DNA of 64,000 nt from Octopus vulgaris. Lineage: Eukaryota. Each line of letters begins with the position of its first letter. The stretch's first letter is position 1. Positions 1 through 13,020 of the stretch are shown piece after piece. A program made the position numbers and the translations under genes. The notes beneath the pieces were generated by a model. That model was not told where the DNA came from. It saw only the letters and a program-made list of their open reading frames with translations, and did no database searches. The stretch spans positions 77,748,001-77,812,000 of the forward strand of contig OX597831.1 in NCBI GenBank assembly GCA_951406725.2, given 5' to 3'.

Positions 1-663
1 TATTTGTTGTTATTTTCGCTTCGTCGATCGGTTGTGAAACATACACATAACTTCTATTACACACCTGAAAAGTTTACACACACACACATATCGTGTGTGC
101 GTGAGTGTGTGTGTGCATATATATATATTTCTATATATCTATATCGATCTATATAATATATATAGATATACACGTATATATATATATATGTATATTATCT
201 CAATAGAGGACTGTGATTTTACTAAAAGAAAAATAGTGTAAGGAGGAGTAAGTTAAGTTTACCTGTCAACTGCACAGAACCCCTTTCCATATCACACACA
301 CACACACACACACACACTTTTATAAACATATATACATATACAAATCCACACACTCAAGCTCGCATGCACCTTCTTAATACAACAGAGTTATTCCGATACA
401 CGCACACACGCACACACGCACACACATAACCATACATATTTTTTTACACATACATATCTATACATAAATATATACCATAAATAAATAAATAAATACATAC
501 ATACATACATACAATCAAATATTTATACATATCTACTTACAATAAACACGAATACATCCAAACCTTTACAAATATCTATCTATCTATCTATATATATATA
601 TATATATATATACACATTGTATTCAAACCAAGGGAGATAACTACATTTTACGGCGAGAAAGTA

Positions 664-697
<34 letters not shown>

Positions 698-880
698 CAT
701 ATATATACATACAGATATATATATATATATACATATATAATTTCTTGACGTGTGAACGGAGTTTTTCCAAGGACCTATTCAAATCTGGTCCGGAGTATAT
801 CTGATACGAAAAGGCTCCACCTGGGGTCTTGTCATGTTATGCGTCGAAGGTAAGTTGACTTAATAATCCTTATTTGATAA

Positions 881-937
<57 letters not shown>

Positions 938-1221
938 TCTATTTTGTATATGTTATATATATGTATACATATGTTGTATGTATGTTTGTTGGTTGGTTAT
1001 TCTGTTCACAGGTGGATATACCTGTCGGTGATTGTGTGAAGATATGCGTTTTTGCATATGGTGTTTATAAATTTTTAGTGTTGTAAGTGCAAATAAGCAC
1101 ACACGCATATGTGTTGTGTGTGTGTATACACACACACATACATGCACTCTTGTACACACACTTATATAGAGGTATATACTTATATATAGGTACATATATA
1201 TATATATTTATATATATATAA

Positions 1222-1268
<47 letters not shown>

Positions 1269-1285
1269 CGCACTCACGCATATTT

Positions 1286-1323
<38 letters not shown>

Positions 1324-1401
1324 ACACAAATATGCAAAATGTGTGTATTCAAATATGTATGGGTATACATGCATAAGCATGTGTGTGTATATGTGTGTGT
1401 G

Positions 1402-1481
<80 letters not shown>

Positions 1482-1628
1482 TGCATTATTAAATTTCTTT
1501 CCTCATAGTTCATGTATGCTACTCGCATGAATACCTTGTGTGTCTGTTCAAGTATTCCACTTCGTTATACCTCTGTGACAATATTTTACAATCGTCTCTA
1601 TGCATACATACACTCATACATACATGCA

Positions 1629-1661
<33 letters not shown>

Positions 1662-2060
1662 GTGTGTGTGTGTCTTGTGTATGTGTGTTATATATATATA
1701 TTGGTGTGTGTGTGTGTCTGTTTCGGGTGTGTGTAAAATCTGACTTCGAAACCAATTATGGCCGTACAGGCTTTCATCTCACTAATTAATTTAGGTATAA
1801 TGTTTAACTCACCTTAAACTCCCCGTGGCTGATCCCTTTTCCACCCCCACTTACCCCCCCCATTTACCCCCACCTCTCGTTTCAACCTATGCTGGTTGTT
1901 TGAACCAAGTAGTACAATCACTATCAAATCGCAACATCATCATCATCAACATCATCATCAGCATTATTATTATTATTATTATTATTTAATTATTATTATT
2001 ATTGTTATTATTATTATTATTATTATTGTTGTTGTTGTTGTTATTATTATTATTATTACT

Positions 2061-4160
2061 AAGGCGGTGAGCTGGCAGAATTGTTAGCACGCCGGGCGAA
2101 ATGCGTAGCCGTATTTTCGTCTGTCGCTACGTTCTGAGTTCAAATTCCGCCGAGGTCGACTTTGCTTTTCATCCTTCCGGTGTCGATAAATTAAGTACCA
2201 GTTGTATACGGGAGTCGATATAACCGATTAATCACCTCCCTCAAATTTCAGACCCTCTGCCTATATAGTAGAGAGGATTATTATTATTATTGTTGTTGCT
2301 TCTGCTATTGTTGTTTATGTACGGTGTTAGTACCGCGGAGAAATACTTACCAACTTTTTTTCCTAGTTACTCTACGCTCTGAGTTCAAATTCTGCCAATG
2401 TCGGCTTTTTCTTTCGTTTCTTTCGCGGTCCATATGTACTAGTTGGCCAGAGGGTGGGTGGAAGTCATGCCCCCCCCCGCTCTCCACTATAATTTCTGGT
2501 TTGGTGCCAAACTTTGTAATCATTTTAAGGTACCGAGCTTGACTTAATCTGTAGCGCGCCGGACAAAATGCTTAGCGGCATTTCTTCCGACTCTTTTAGT
2601 TTCTGAGTTCAAATTCTGCCGAGGTTGACTTTGCTTTTCATCCTTTTGGGGTTGATGAAATAAGTACCAGTTACACACTGGGGGTCGATGTAATCGACTA
2701 GACCCTTCCCCCACGATTTCAGGCCTTGTGCCTATAGCAGAAATGATCATCCTCATCATCATCATCATCATCATCATCATTATTATTATTATTATTATTA
2801 TTATAAAGGCGGCGAGCTGGCAGAATAGTGAAGTATGCCGGGCGAAATGCTTAGCGGTATTTCGTCCGTCACTACGTTCTGAGTTCAACTTCCGCCGAGT
2901 TCGACTTTGCCTTTTATCCTTTCGGGGGTCGATGAAATAAGTACCAGTTACGTACTGGGGATCGATGTAAACTGACTAGTCCCCTTCCCAAAACTTTTCA
3001 AAGCATGGGGCCTAGAGTAGAAATAATTGTTAATAATAATATTTGGCAGAATCGGTAGAGCGTCGGAAGAGATACGTTGTGTTATGTGCTTCGGTGCATT
3101 TTACATCTCGAGTTCAATCCCGTCTGAGGTGAACTTTGCCATTTATTGTTCTGGGGTCAATAAAGCAAAGTACTTGGGAAGTACTGGAGTCGATATAATT
3201 GTCTAAATTTTCTCCCGAATTTCAGGTCTTGTACTTATGTTAGAATCCTTATTATCGTTGTTATTAAATTCGGCCGAGGTCGACTTTGCCTTTCATCGTT
3301 TCGAAGTCACTAAAATAAGTACCAGTTGAACACTAGGGCAGATGTAATCGATTCATCCCCACCTCCGCAAGCTGCCCTTTTGAAACAATTATTATCGTTG
3401 TCATGATTTCAAATTACGAGGTGTTCGTTTGCCATTCATCGTTTCGTGGTTGATAAATCAAGTACCAGTTGAATACTGGAATCGATGTAATCGACTTACA
3501 CCCCTCCCCTCAAATTGCTGGCCTGGTGCCAAAATTTGGAATCATTATTATAATTATTATTAAGGCGGCGAGCTGGCAGAATCGTTAGCACGCCGGGCGA
3601 AATGCATAGCCGTATTTCGTCTGCCGTTACGTTCTGAGTTCAAATTCCGCCGAGGTCGACTTTGCCTTTCATCCTTTCAGGGTCGATTAAATAAGTACCA
3701 GTTACTCACTGGGGTTGATATAATCGACTTAATCTGTTTGTCTGTCCTTGTTGGTTCCTCCTGTGTTTAGCCCCTTGTGGGTAGTAAAGAAATAGGTATT
3801 TCGTCTGCCGCTTCGTTCTGAGTTCAAAATTCTGCCGAGGTTGACTTTGTCTTTCATCTTTTCAGGGGGCTGAAAAATATGTACCTGTTAAGTACTCGGG
3901 GTCGATGAAACCAACGTGATTTCCCGCCAACAAAATTTCAGGCCTTGTGCCTACACAAGAAGGATTATTATCTTTGGTGTTAGGTGGTTCGATTCGTAGA
4001 ATCGAACGCAATGCTTTGTTGGATTCCGAGTTCAAATCACGCTGAAGTGAAACTCATCATCTTTTATTCTCGTTTGGGGGTCGATGAAATAAAGTACCAG
4101 TCAAATACTAGGGTCGATTATATCGACTAAATTCTCTCCTGTCAAAATTGCTGCCCTACA
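2061..4160 (+). mobile_element. Cluster of about 9-10 head-to-tail SINE 'B' monomers (tRNA-derived, Nin/Deu-like core), fresh and degraded
   Basis: Repeated head AAGGCGGCGAGCTGGCAGAA..GAGTTCAAATTCC (A/B-box-like) and core GCCTTTCATCCTTTCGGGGTCGATAAATAAGTACCAG near 2061, 2545, 2807, 3045, 3270, 3563, 3795 and 3990. Confidence 0.9.
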
Positions 4161-4171
4161 TACCTTGAATT

Positions 4172-4489
4172 GTAGAGGCACATGGCCTAGTGGTTAGAGC
4201 AGCGGACTCGCGGTCGAGGGATCGCTGGTTCGAATCTCAAACCGGGCGATGTGTGTTTTTATGAGCGAAACGCCTAATCTCCACGCTGCTCCGGCAGAAG
4301 ATAATGGCGAAACTCTGCTGACTCTTTCGCCACAACTTCCTCTCACTCTTTCCTCCTGCGTCTAGCAGCTCACCTGCGACGGACTGGCGTCCCGTCCGGG
4401 TGGCGAACCTATACGCCAATGAAACCGGGAAAACAGCCCTTATGAGCCAGGCATGGCTCGAGAAGGAACAAACAACAACAACAACAACA

Positions 4490-4490
<1 letters not shown>
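4172..4490 (+). mobile_element. tRNA-derived SINE 'D' (head 1 plus Meta/V-like tail), ending in (CAA)n
   Basis: TGGCCTAGTGG A-box, GGTTCGAATCT B-box, CCTGCGACGGACTGGCGTCCCGTCCGGG motif, (ACA)n tail. Confidence 0.8.
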
Positions 4491-4560
<70 letters not shown>

Positions 4561-6054
4561 GAGAGAAGGACGGAGAGAGAGGAGAGAAAGAGAGAGAGAG
4601 AGAGCAATAAGAAAATGGAGGGATCAATAGGTTTTACTCATCAACTTTTAGACATTATATCATGTAAATTTATTTATTTACTAATAGGACAATTATAATA
4701 ATATACATACATGTATAACATATTTTGCTTTACGTATATAATATATATAACTTAGCAAAAGTGACCGGTAGAATAAGTACTAGGCTTACAAAGAATAAGT
4801 GCTGGGGTCGATTTGCTCGACTAAAGGCGGTGGTGCTCCAGCATGGCCACAGTCAAATGACTGATACAATTAAAAAAGTAAGAATGAAACTGTATATACA
4901 CGAGGAACACATATATACACATATATACACTTTGAATTAGAAGCAATTATGATATCCTCTCCCGCCTTCAGTTTTCCAGACAACTGCTCTCCCCCTTCGT
5001 CCTCTTTACTCATCCTTCTTCCCTTCCCTGGTCATATTTTTTTAAAAATTCTTTTTCCCGCGGAAAGAATCGAACTCGTAACTTTTTCCCGTAAGAAAGT
5101 CTCGCAGTCGATAATTCCACATCGCTGCTGCTGCTGCTGCTGCCCCCGTTGCTTACAGGTGTCAGCGAAGTTATTCTGGGAGAGAGTAGTGGTGGTGGTG
5201 GCGGGAAGGGGGTGTGACGTGTACAACTCTTTATTGAAAAAAGGCTGGGTGTTATTTGAGGAAGATTTGGCCGCTATTGTTAGCATTTCGAACGACCTCA
5301 TTTCTATCAGAAGATAAGGAAGAAAACCTGTAAGGTACTATCCACCCGCATATAGTAGCACCTTGTATACATAGAGCGTGAGTTACACCACCCGTGTTGC
5401 AGCTAACTATTCACCGCTTCAGAGTAAAGCGGGTGGCTTGTCTTTGGAAATATCGAAAGGGATTGATTAGCTTACAGAAGACAAGGACGCTAGGGTTTTA
5501 CAGACAGTTATTCCGCGGGAAATTAAATAGTTCAGCAAATACCCCTATTACAAACCATCCTCAGGACATTCCACCCCAACGTACCCATGTAAAATATTTC
5601 GAATAGTTAATTGTCATTTCTATACCAGGAACTAAAAATACTCGCAAGCTGTGAGTGTTTGTACTTATGTGTGGGTGGCTGTATGTATGTATGTGTGTAT
5701 GTTTGTATGTATGTATGTATGTATTGTATGTATGTATGTGTGTGTGTATGTATGTTTGTATGTATGTATGTATGTATGTATGTATGTATGTATGTATTGT
5801 ATGTATGTATGTATGTTTGTATGTATGTATGTATGTATGTATGTATGTATGTAGGTATTTGTGTGTCTTTCTGTGTGTGTGTCTGTGTGTGTAGTACATT
5901 CACACACAAACATGAATACGTTAGCAGACATGTGTCAAGGTAACGAAGTAGGCGTCATGTGATGGCTCGATCTGCTAGAAACAACAGCCAGATTTCGCTG
6001 AAATCGCATAGAAATATCACGGGGTATGAAAACACTAGATTAAGATATTCATAT

Positions 6055-6480
6055 GCGTGGCTGTGTGGTAAAAAGCTTGCTTCCCAACCACATGGTTCAG
6101 AGTTCAGTCCCACTACGTGGTAGCTTGGGCAGGTGACTTCTACTAAAGCCTTAGACCGACCAAAGTCTTGTGAGTGGATTTGGTACACGGAAACTGGAAG
6201 AAGGCCGTTGTACATAGGTGTGCGTGTATGAATGTGTGTGCTTGGGTGTGTGTCTGTCTATGTCTGACCCCCAACTCGACCACCTAATAATTGGTGTTGG
6301 TGTGTTTACGTCCCCATAACTTAGCGGTTCGGTAAAATAGAGCAACAGTATAAGTACTAGGCTGAAAGGAAGATAAATAAATGAATCCATAACAGTAAAA
6401 AATGTTCTGCGGTAAAATTCTTCAACGTCGTGCCCCAGCATGGACGCAGTTTAATGACTGAAACAAGCAAATAATAAAAG
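6055..6480 (+). mobile_element. SINE 'A' copy (diverged)
   Basis: Head GGCTGTGTGGTAA..TTGGGCAGGTGACTT and tail GTGCCCCAGCATGGACGCAGTTTAATGACTGAAAC match the copies at 20001, 44866 and 61703. Confidence 0.85.
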
Positions 6481-6904
6481 ATAAACGTCTTCAAATCGCT
6501 TAAAAGGACAGGATGATCATGGAAGGATTGTCTTGAATCATGCTCGTGGTTAAAGAACTTCAGCACATACATACATATACAGATATGCATACATACACAC
6601 ATACACATTTACATACATATGTACGTACTTCGTACACCCATATCCTTTCATACATACATACATACATACATACATACATACATACATACATACATACATA
6701 CATACATACATACATACATACGTAAACGTAGGTATGTATAATAATGTGTATATTTATATATTTCTTTATGCTCTAATTTCACTTGCTAATTTCCTTGGGA
6801 AAGGTATGAAGGCAACTTCGCTTGCCACTACAGTAAACAGGGTGTGGCATCTATATGCGCTGACCCTGCATACCTATACAACAACACACCCATAAACAGC
6901 TGTA

Positions 6905-6956
<52 letters not shown>

Positions 6957-7079
6957 TGTGTGTATACAGACATGCAGACATACATACATACACGTACACA
7001 TAAATATATACATGTACGCGCACACATACACACAAGCTCATTAAAAGCTTTCTAAATAAATATGCACTTCATTTTTGAA

Positions 7080-7158
7080 GCTCCGATGAGGCTGCGGAGT
7101 CATACACACTCACCCAACTAAGGGTGCATTGTATCTCATAGCAGAAACAGCTGTAAGC
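7080..7158 (+). ncRNA. Type I hammerhead ribozyme-like motif (CCGAUGA core, long stem II, palindromic stem III)
   Basis: gct CCGATGA [stem II: gct/agc, gag/ctc, ataca/tgtat, caccc/gggtg] GAAA CAGCTG TA agc. Confidence 0.6.
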
Positions 7159-7326
7159 CCATTCTTTCTTATTCCCTTATTTCCGTCTTGAAGGATTTAT
7201 TCGAATAAATCAACCCCAGTTTGATAATTGTTATAACATTCTTATCACTAAGTTACAGAGATGTAAACAATCGGACACCAGTTGACTACTGGTTGTGGGG
7301 AAAACACACACACACACACACACACA

Positions 7327-7540
7327 TATGTACATCGTTGCAATTATGCAAAAGTGTCGCAAGTCTAACACGTTGCTTTTTCCATAGCAAACCCGTTGTA
7401 CTACCTTTTGACAAATTTTGGTATCTTGACATCTGAAGTCGCTGGAGATACGACAGTTTGACCAAAAGAACCGGCTATTGCAAGTAAAAATAAATATGGA
7501 AAGAAACGCATTTGGCCGAATTTGGACATACAATAGTTTA
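7327..7540 (-). repeat. Interspersed repeat (probable DNA-transposon derivative), inverted relative to the copy at 10052-10430
   Basis: Reverse complement TTAAACTATTGTATGTCCAAATTCGGCCAAATGCGTTTC..GCAATAGCCGGTTCTTTTGGTCAAAC aligns with the sequence from 10052. Confidence 0.75.
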
Positions 7541-7945
7541 ACAGCAACGAATAAGTATAGCTGTATGGTTAAAGCATTCGCCAATCTTGTAGACTGTTGC
7601 GGGTTCATTTGTGCAGAACGTCCTACAATAGCCCCGTTTGACCAATACCTTATGGGTAATACCTGTGAGATGGAAACTGTGATACACTCTGGTGTATTCA
7701 TTCCCGATATATGCTTGTGTTTCTTTGAGGCTTGTCTCCCGTGTTCATGATTAAGCCGATTAAAAGACGATTAAACCGGTTCTCTGTTAATACTGTGTCT
7801 TTTGAGGTTGTATTAAAAATAACGAATGCTACAGTCCACCTCTTGTTTTGTTCGATGATGCAACACAAGGCTTTGCGTTATTTATACTAAGTGGCCTTGT
7901 ATGCTAACATACATAGATGCACACATGCGTACACACGCATCCCAC

Positions 7946-7984
<39 letters not shown>

Positions 7985-8603
7985 GGCTGTGTGGCTAGTA
8001 GCTTGCCAGGCGCAGGAGTGGCTATGCTTACCAACCATATGGTTCCAGGTTCAGTCTTACTGCATGGCACCTTGGGAAATGTCTTCTACTATAGCCTCGG
8101 GCCTGTCACGTATATATATGGGGACAGATGAATAGGTATTTATAGATAGGCAGACAGACATATAAATGTGTGTGTGTGTATATATATAAAATACACACAC
8201 ATGCGTACATACATACACACATACACATACATACATATACACACAAACGTACATAAACGGGTGGTTTAATAATTCTTCAATGTAGCTGAGATGTAAAGGG
8301 AATTATAATGAAAGCAATACGGTGTATCTAAGGGAACATGATCTAATATTGATTGACTTAGGAAGCGATTTGAGGGAGATTTGACTACTGTTTTTAGGAA
8401 CTCAACCGAGCATGGAAACTCACCGTTGCTGCCTCATATTTAGGTCGAACATCGGTTCCGCTCCAGTTGATATGTGATCAAAAGCATTCCAGTCGAGGCC
8501 ATCCCATTTGCGTATGTACATGCGCGCTAGAGTGTATTAATGCCCTCCACCCAGTACGAATACACGCGAATACCGGGACAAACATATATCTATATATATG
8601 TAC

Positions 8604-8661
<58 letters not shown>

Positions 8662-8674
8662 GTACATATATATT

Positions 8675-8896
8675 TTTAGTCTGTTTAATTGACTGCGACC
8701 ACGCTGGGGCACCGCCTTGAGGAATTTTAATCGAACGAATCGACTCCGGTACTTATTTTCTTTTAAAGCCACTTACTTATTCTATCGATCCCTTTTGCCG
8801 AACTGCTACGTTACAGGGACGTAAACATACCAACAGCGGTTGTCAAACGGTGATGGGGGAACAAACTCTAACCAAAAACACACGCACATGTGTCTG

Positions 8897-8954
<58 letters not shown>

Positions 8955-9150
8955 CATCTATCTATCTACACACGCGCGCACACACATACACACATGAGGT
9001 GCTTCCTTCAGTTTCCGTCTACTAAATCCACTCACAAGGCTTTGGTCGGCCCGAGGCTATAGTAGAAGACACTTGTCTATAGTGCCACGCATTGGGACTG
9101 AACCTGGAACCATATGGTTGGGAAGCAAACTTCTTGTCACACGCCTACAC
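8675..9150 (-). mobile_element. SINE 'A' copy with internal (TCTA)n
   Basis: Reverse-complement match to SINE A head and tail. Confidence 0.85.
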
Positions 9151-9221
9151 CTGTACCTCTATAATTTTTTCAGTCTTTTTATCGGCCAAGAAAGGATAAA
9201 AATGATGGAATTAAACAGCCC

Positions 9222-9446
9222 CAAGCTGGCAGAAACGTTAGCAGGCCGGGCGAAATGCGTAGCCGTATTTCATCTGCCGTTACGTTCTGAGTTCAAATTC
9301 CGCCGAGGTCGACTTTGCCTTTCATCCTTTCGGGGTCGATAAATGAAGTGCCACTTATGCACTGGGGTCGATGTAATCGACTTAATCCGTTTGTCTGTCC
9401 TTGTTTGTCCTCTCTGTGTTTAGCCCCTTGTGGGTAGTAAAGAAAT
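9222..9446 (+). mobile_element. SINE 'B' copy with long tail
   Basis: Head, core and tail TGTGTTTAGCCCCTTGTGGGTAGTAAAGAAAT. Confidence 0.9.
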
Positions 9447-10051
9447 ATATATACCTGTTTTGGTCTTTCTCAAAGTCAGCGGAATGTGGATTGCGAAAGA
9501 TTTAACTCTCATTTCTAGCGGATCGAAAGGAAGTCCACGTGCAGCTTCCTCTCAACGAGCGGAAATGAAGCCCTCACAGCTATATTATTTCAACGCTTTC
9601 AATGCGCACAGCAAGGAAGCAAGCAACAGATCAACCGACCAACCAACTAACCAGCCGACCGACCGCCCAATTAAGCAGCTAATTAAAAATAATTAAGTAA
9701 TTAGTTAACTAACTAGACCACCCTGTAGTACCTTACCTCCAGCTAAGTGAACTGGGATGTTGTGAAAAGGGAATTAATTGTTTTAGCTAAGGATGTTACG
9801 TCACAGTCAGAGCAGTTACTGAGAATTATGATGACCGCCGGCACTTCCGGCCGCTTTATTGTTATACAGTGCATTGTGCGTATGTATATGTGCGCGTGTG
9901 TGTGTTTTAGTCTGTGTGCATATGTATATATTTTATTGTGTGCATCTATATTTCTAGGTGTGTGTGTGTATGCATATATCTGCAGGAATTTGTATTTACA
10001 TATATATACGCATGTGTATATGGATGTGTATTTATATCGTTGCTGTTATGT

Positions 10052-10430
10052 TTAAACTATCGAATGTCGAAATCTGGCCAAGTGCGTTTCTTTTCGATAT
10101 TTAATTTTGCTTGCAATAGCTGGTTCTTTTTGTCAAACTATCGTATCTCCAGCTGCTTCAGAAGCCAAGGTATGAAAATTTATGATATGAAACGGTTTAG
10201 CATTTTTCAAGTGTAGTAAGTCCCACATACGACAGTTTTGCAAAACTATTTCTGAATGAAAATATCATAGAGGCATGGAGTCACGATTTTATGCAGCCAA
10301 CAAAGTATTTATTGTTAAGCTGAAACCGTTGCTAATGTAAAAAGAAGTGGAATGGTGGAACTTTCTTTCGTTTTCTGGAAAAGCAACGTTTTGGACTTAC
10401 GATACTTTTGCATAATAGCGACGATTTGTA
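10052..10430 (+). repeat. Interspersed repeat, partner of 7327-7540
   Basis: Two aligned blocks (10052-10185 and about 10370-10430) with extra internal sequence. Confidence 0.75.
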
Positions 10431-10602
10431 TAAATGAAGATGTAACAATATGCGTGTCGTATATATTTTGAGTCTTATCTCTCGCATATGATTGAAGCCT
10501 TACAGGTCAACTGCTGGTCTTAAGAGCCATTTCAGAGAATATAGACGCAATGGAGATTAATTAAGATGGCTATTATCTGTCAAAATGAAGCCATCATCAC
10601 TG

Positions 10603-10676
<74 letters not shown>

Positions 10677-10705
10677 GTGTTTGTGTGTGTGTAGATCAAA
10701 ACAGT

Positions 10706-10777
10706 TTGATTGAAATTCGTGGGTACTCTTGAGTTTCAAGCACTTGAAAGACAAGAGTACCCACGAATTTCAATCAA
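10706..10777. repeat. Near-perfect palindrome (26-bp perfect arms plus 7-bp inner stem)
   Basis: TTGATTGAAATTCGTGGGTACTCTTG ag TTTCAAG ca CTTGAAA ga CAAGAGTACCCACGAATTTCAATCAA. Confidence 0.95.
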
Positions 10778-10828
10778 CTAAGTTCGAAGTTTCAGTCTGC
10801 TAGCTTTCATTCGGACACTCATCGAAGT
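10777..10828 (-). ncRNA. Degenerate hammerhead-like motif abutting the palindrome
   Basis: Minus strand: act TCGATGA gtgtccg..cagact GAAA CTTCGAAC TT agt; several mismatches to the core. Confidence 0.4.
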
Positions 10829-11733
10829 GACGTTCACCACGCTTCGTGTATGAATGTGTGTATGTATTTTTTTTTTTTGTGTGTGTGTGTGTGTATTTTG
10901 TGTGTGTGTGTGTGTGTGTGAGTGCTACTTCAACGTGTCGTCTACCGCAGTGTCCGTAGTCAACGCAATGAAATGTCCTGATCTGAGTTAGATTAAATTT
11001 TAGGGTTAACGGTTAGAGCTTTGGGTTAATTTTAGAATGAGCGCTAAAGTGTAAGCAACCAGGTAGACTGCACCCGAAAGTGACACCTGTAAACACGCAC
11101 ACACACACACACACATACACACACATACATACGCTCAAAACACACGTGATGACATTATTATTAGAGTACCGGGCAAAATACCTGGTGGTATTTAACTACA
11201 CCCTATAACTTTTCTCAGCTCGAAATCCACCAAGACTTGCCAATCAAGTAAATTCATTCGATATGACTGTCAGTTTCAAAATATTTATAATATAATAGAT
11301 TTTATGTGATGCCTTTGCTTAGCAGAATCGGTCGAGCAACCGACAAAGAGAAAATACCTTGTGTTATTTAGTTGCACCCTTTCCTTCTTCAGTTCAAATC
11401 CTCTCAATTGTAGCCGCGCCTTTTTGTTCGACCGCAGTCGATAACATATGTACCGGTTAAATGCAGCGGGGGTGATGAGGGGGATTCAATATTCTAATAC
11501 ATCTTGATCTACATTTGAATAGAATGAATTATGGTAGAAGACTAAAAGTTTTTAAAATCCTTTAGCCTTTCATCCTTCGTGGATGGATAAAATGAAATAT
11601 CAGTAAAATGCTGGGGTGACTAGAATAAGCTGAATGTGAATAGAAATATATCAGAAGTTTAATACTATTTGCTTTTTCATCCTTCGTGCATCGATAAGAT
11701 TTAAATGTTAATGAAAATTGGTCTCGATTTTAA

Positions 11734-12085
11734 CCCATTAACTGCCAATTTTCTTATTCATATTTTGTTGTTTTTTTTTTTTGGTTTTCCAGGTGTCTTA
11801 ATGTGTATGAAACATCAATGAATGATATAAATGGGAAATGCAAAAAAGAAAAAAAACGTTTTCAAAACAGTCAATATTTTTCTAGTTGAAAGATTGCGAT
11901 TTATGGCGTAATATGTCCCCTGGAATTAGCCAGAGCTAATAATGACAAACTTTAATTACTAAATATTGTTAAACACATCTCTGCAAATGCAATGTAAATA
12001 AGAAATTCACTTTATATACAACGAACAACCAGCAGTGAGTCTGTTTTTAGCAGATCCCTAAACGGGGCCCATGGCAGGCAATGAG
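11734..12085. mobile_element. piggyBac-like MITE
   Basis: TTAA|CCCATTAACTGCCA ... TGGCAGGCAATGAG|TTAA: TTAA duplication and imperfect 14-bp TIR. Confidence 0.75.
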
Positions 12086-12253
12086 TTAATTCATATAAGG
12101 ATAGAAGACTAAAATTAACTTACTTTTTCATCCTTCTTGCGTTGATGGGTCGACCTAGTATTTGTATAAGAATAAGATTATGATAGAAGACTACAAGTAT
12201 CTTTTACCTTTCATACTTCGTGAGCCGATAAAAATAGATACCAATAAAATATT

Positions 12254-12671
12254 ACTCTTTTACTCTCTCTCTTTTACTTGTTTCAGTCATTTGACTGCGG
12301 CCATGCTGGAGCACCGCCTTTAGTCGAGCAAATCGACCCCAGGACTTATTCTTTGTAAGCCCAGTACTTATTCTATCGGTCTGTTTTGCCGAACCGCTAA
12401 GTGACGGGGACGTAAACACACCAGCATCGGTTGTCAACCAATGCTAGGGGGACAAACACAGACACACAAACATACACACACACACATATATGTATACATA
12501 CATATATACGACGGGCTTCTTTCAGTTTCCGTCTACCAAATCCACTCACAAGGCTTTGGTCGGCCCGAGGCTATAGTAGAGGACACTTGCCCAAGATGCC
12601 ACGCAGTGGGACTGAACCCGGAACCATGTGGTTGATAAGCAAGCTACTTACCACACAGCCACTCCTGCGCC
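12254..12671 (-). mobile_element. Full-length young SINE 'A'
   Basis: Near-identical to 44866-45277 and 61703-62146; TATT on both flanks. Confidence 0.95.
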
Positions 12672-12806
12672 TATTGGGGTTTATTGAGGATAATTTATTC
12701 TTAAAAAGCATAAAATAAGTGTGAATGGAATCATTTAATCTGTCATGGATTGATGAAATTGAATAGCAATGAAATACTTGGGAACGGTTTAATATTCTTT
12801 AAGACG

Positions 12807-13020
12807 AAGGCGGCGAGCTGGCAGAAACGTTAGCACGCCGGGCGAAATGCTTAGCGATGTTTCGTCTTTCTTTACGTTCTGAGTTCAAATTCCGCCGAGG
12901 TCGACTTTGCCTTTCATCCTTTTGGGGTCGATAAATTAAGTACCAGTTGCGTACTGGGGTCGATCTAATCGACTGGCTCCCTCGCCAAAAATTTCGGCCC
13001 TTGTGCCTAGAGTAGAAAAG
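12807..13020 (+). mobile_element. SINE 'B' with about 14-bp target-site duplication
   Basis: Flanks AATATTCTTTAAGA / AATGTTCTTTAAGA. Confidence 0.9.

Noticed and set aside
741-856. Plus-strand coding exon ending at AAG|GTAAGT (850)
   Set aside because: No convincing acceptor, an unrecognisable peptide, and a position inside (TA)n like other inserted fragments.
4172-4260. tRNA gene (also at 24683 and 63190)
   Set aside because: The A/B boxes continue into SINE bodies with no acceptor stem or terminator, so these are SINE heads.
7231-7750. 156-aa and 90-aa ORFs
   Set aside because: They overlap an interspersed repeat and a microsatellite and contain no recognisable motif.
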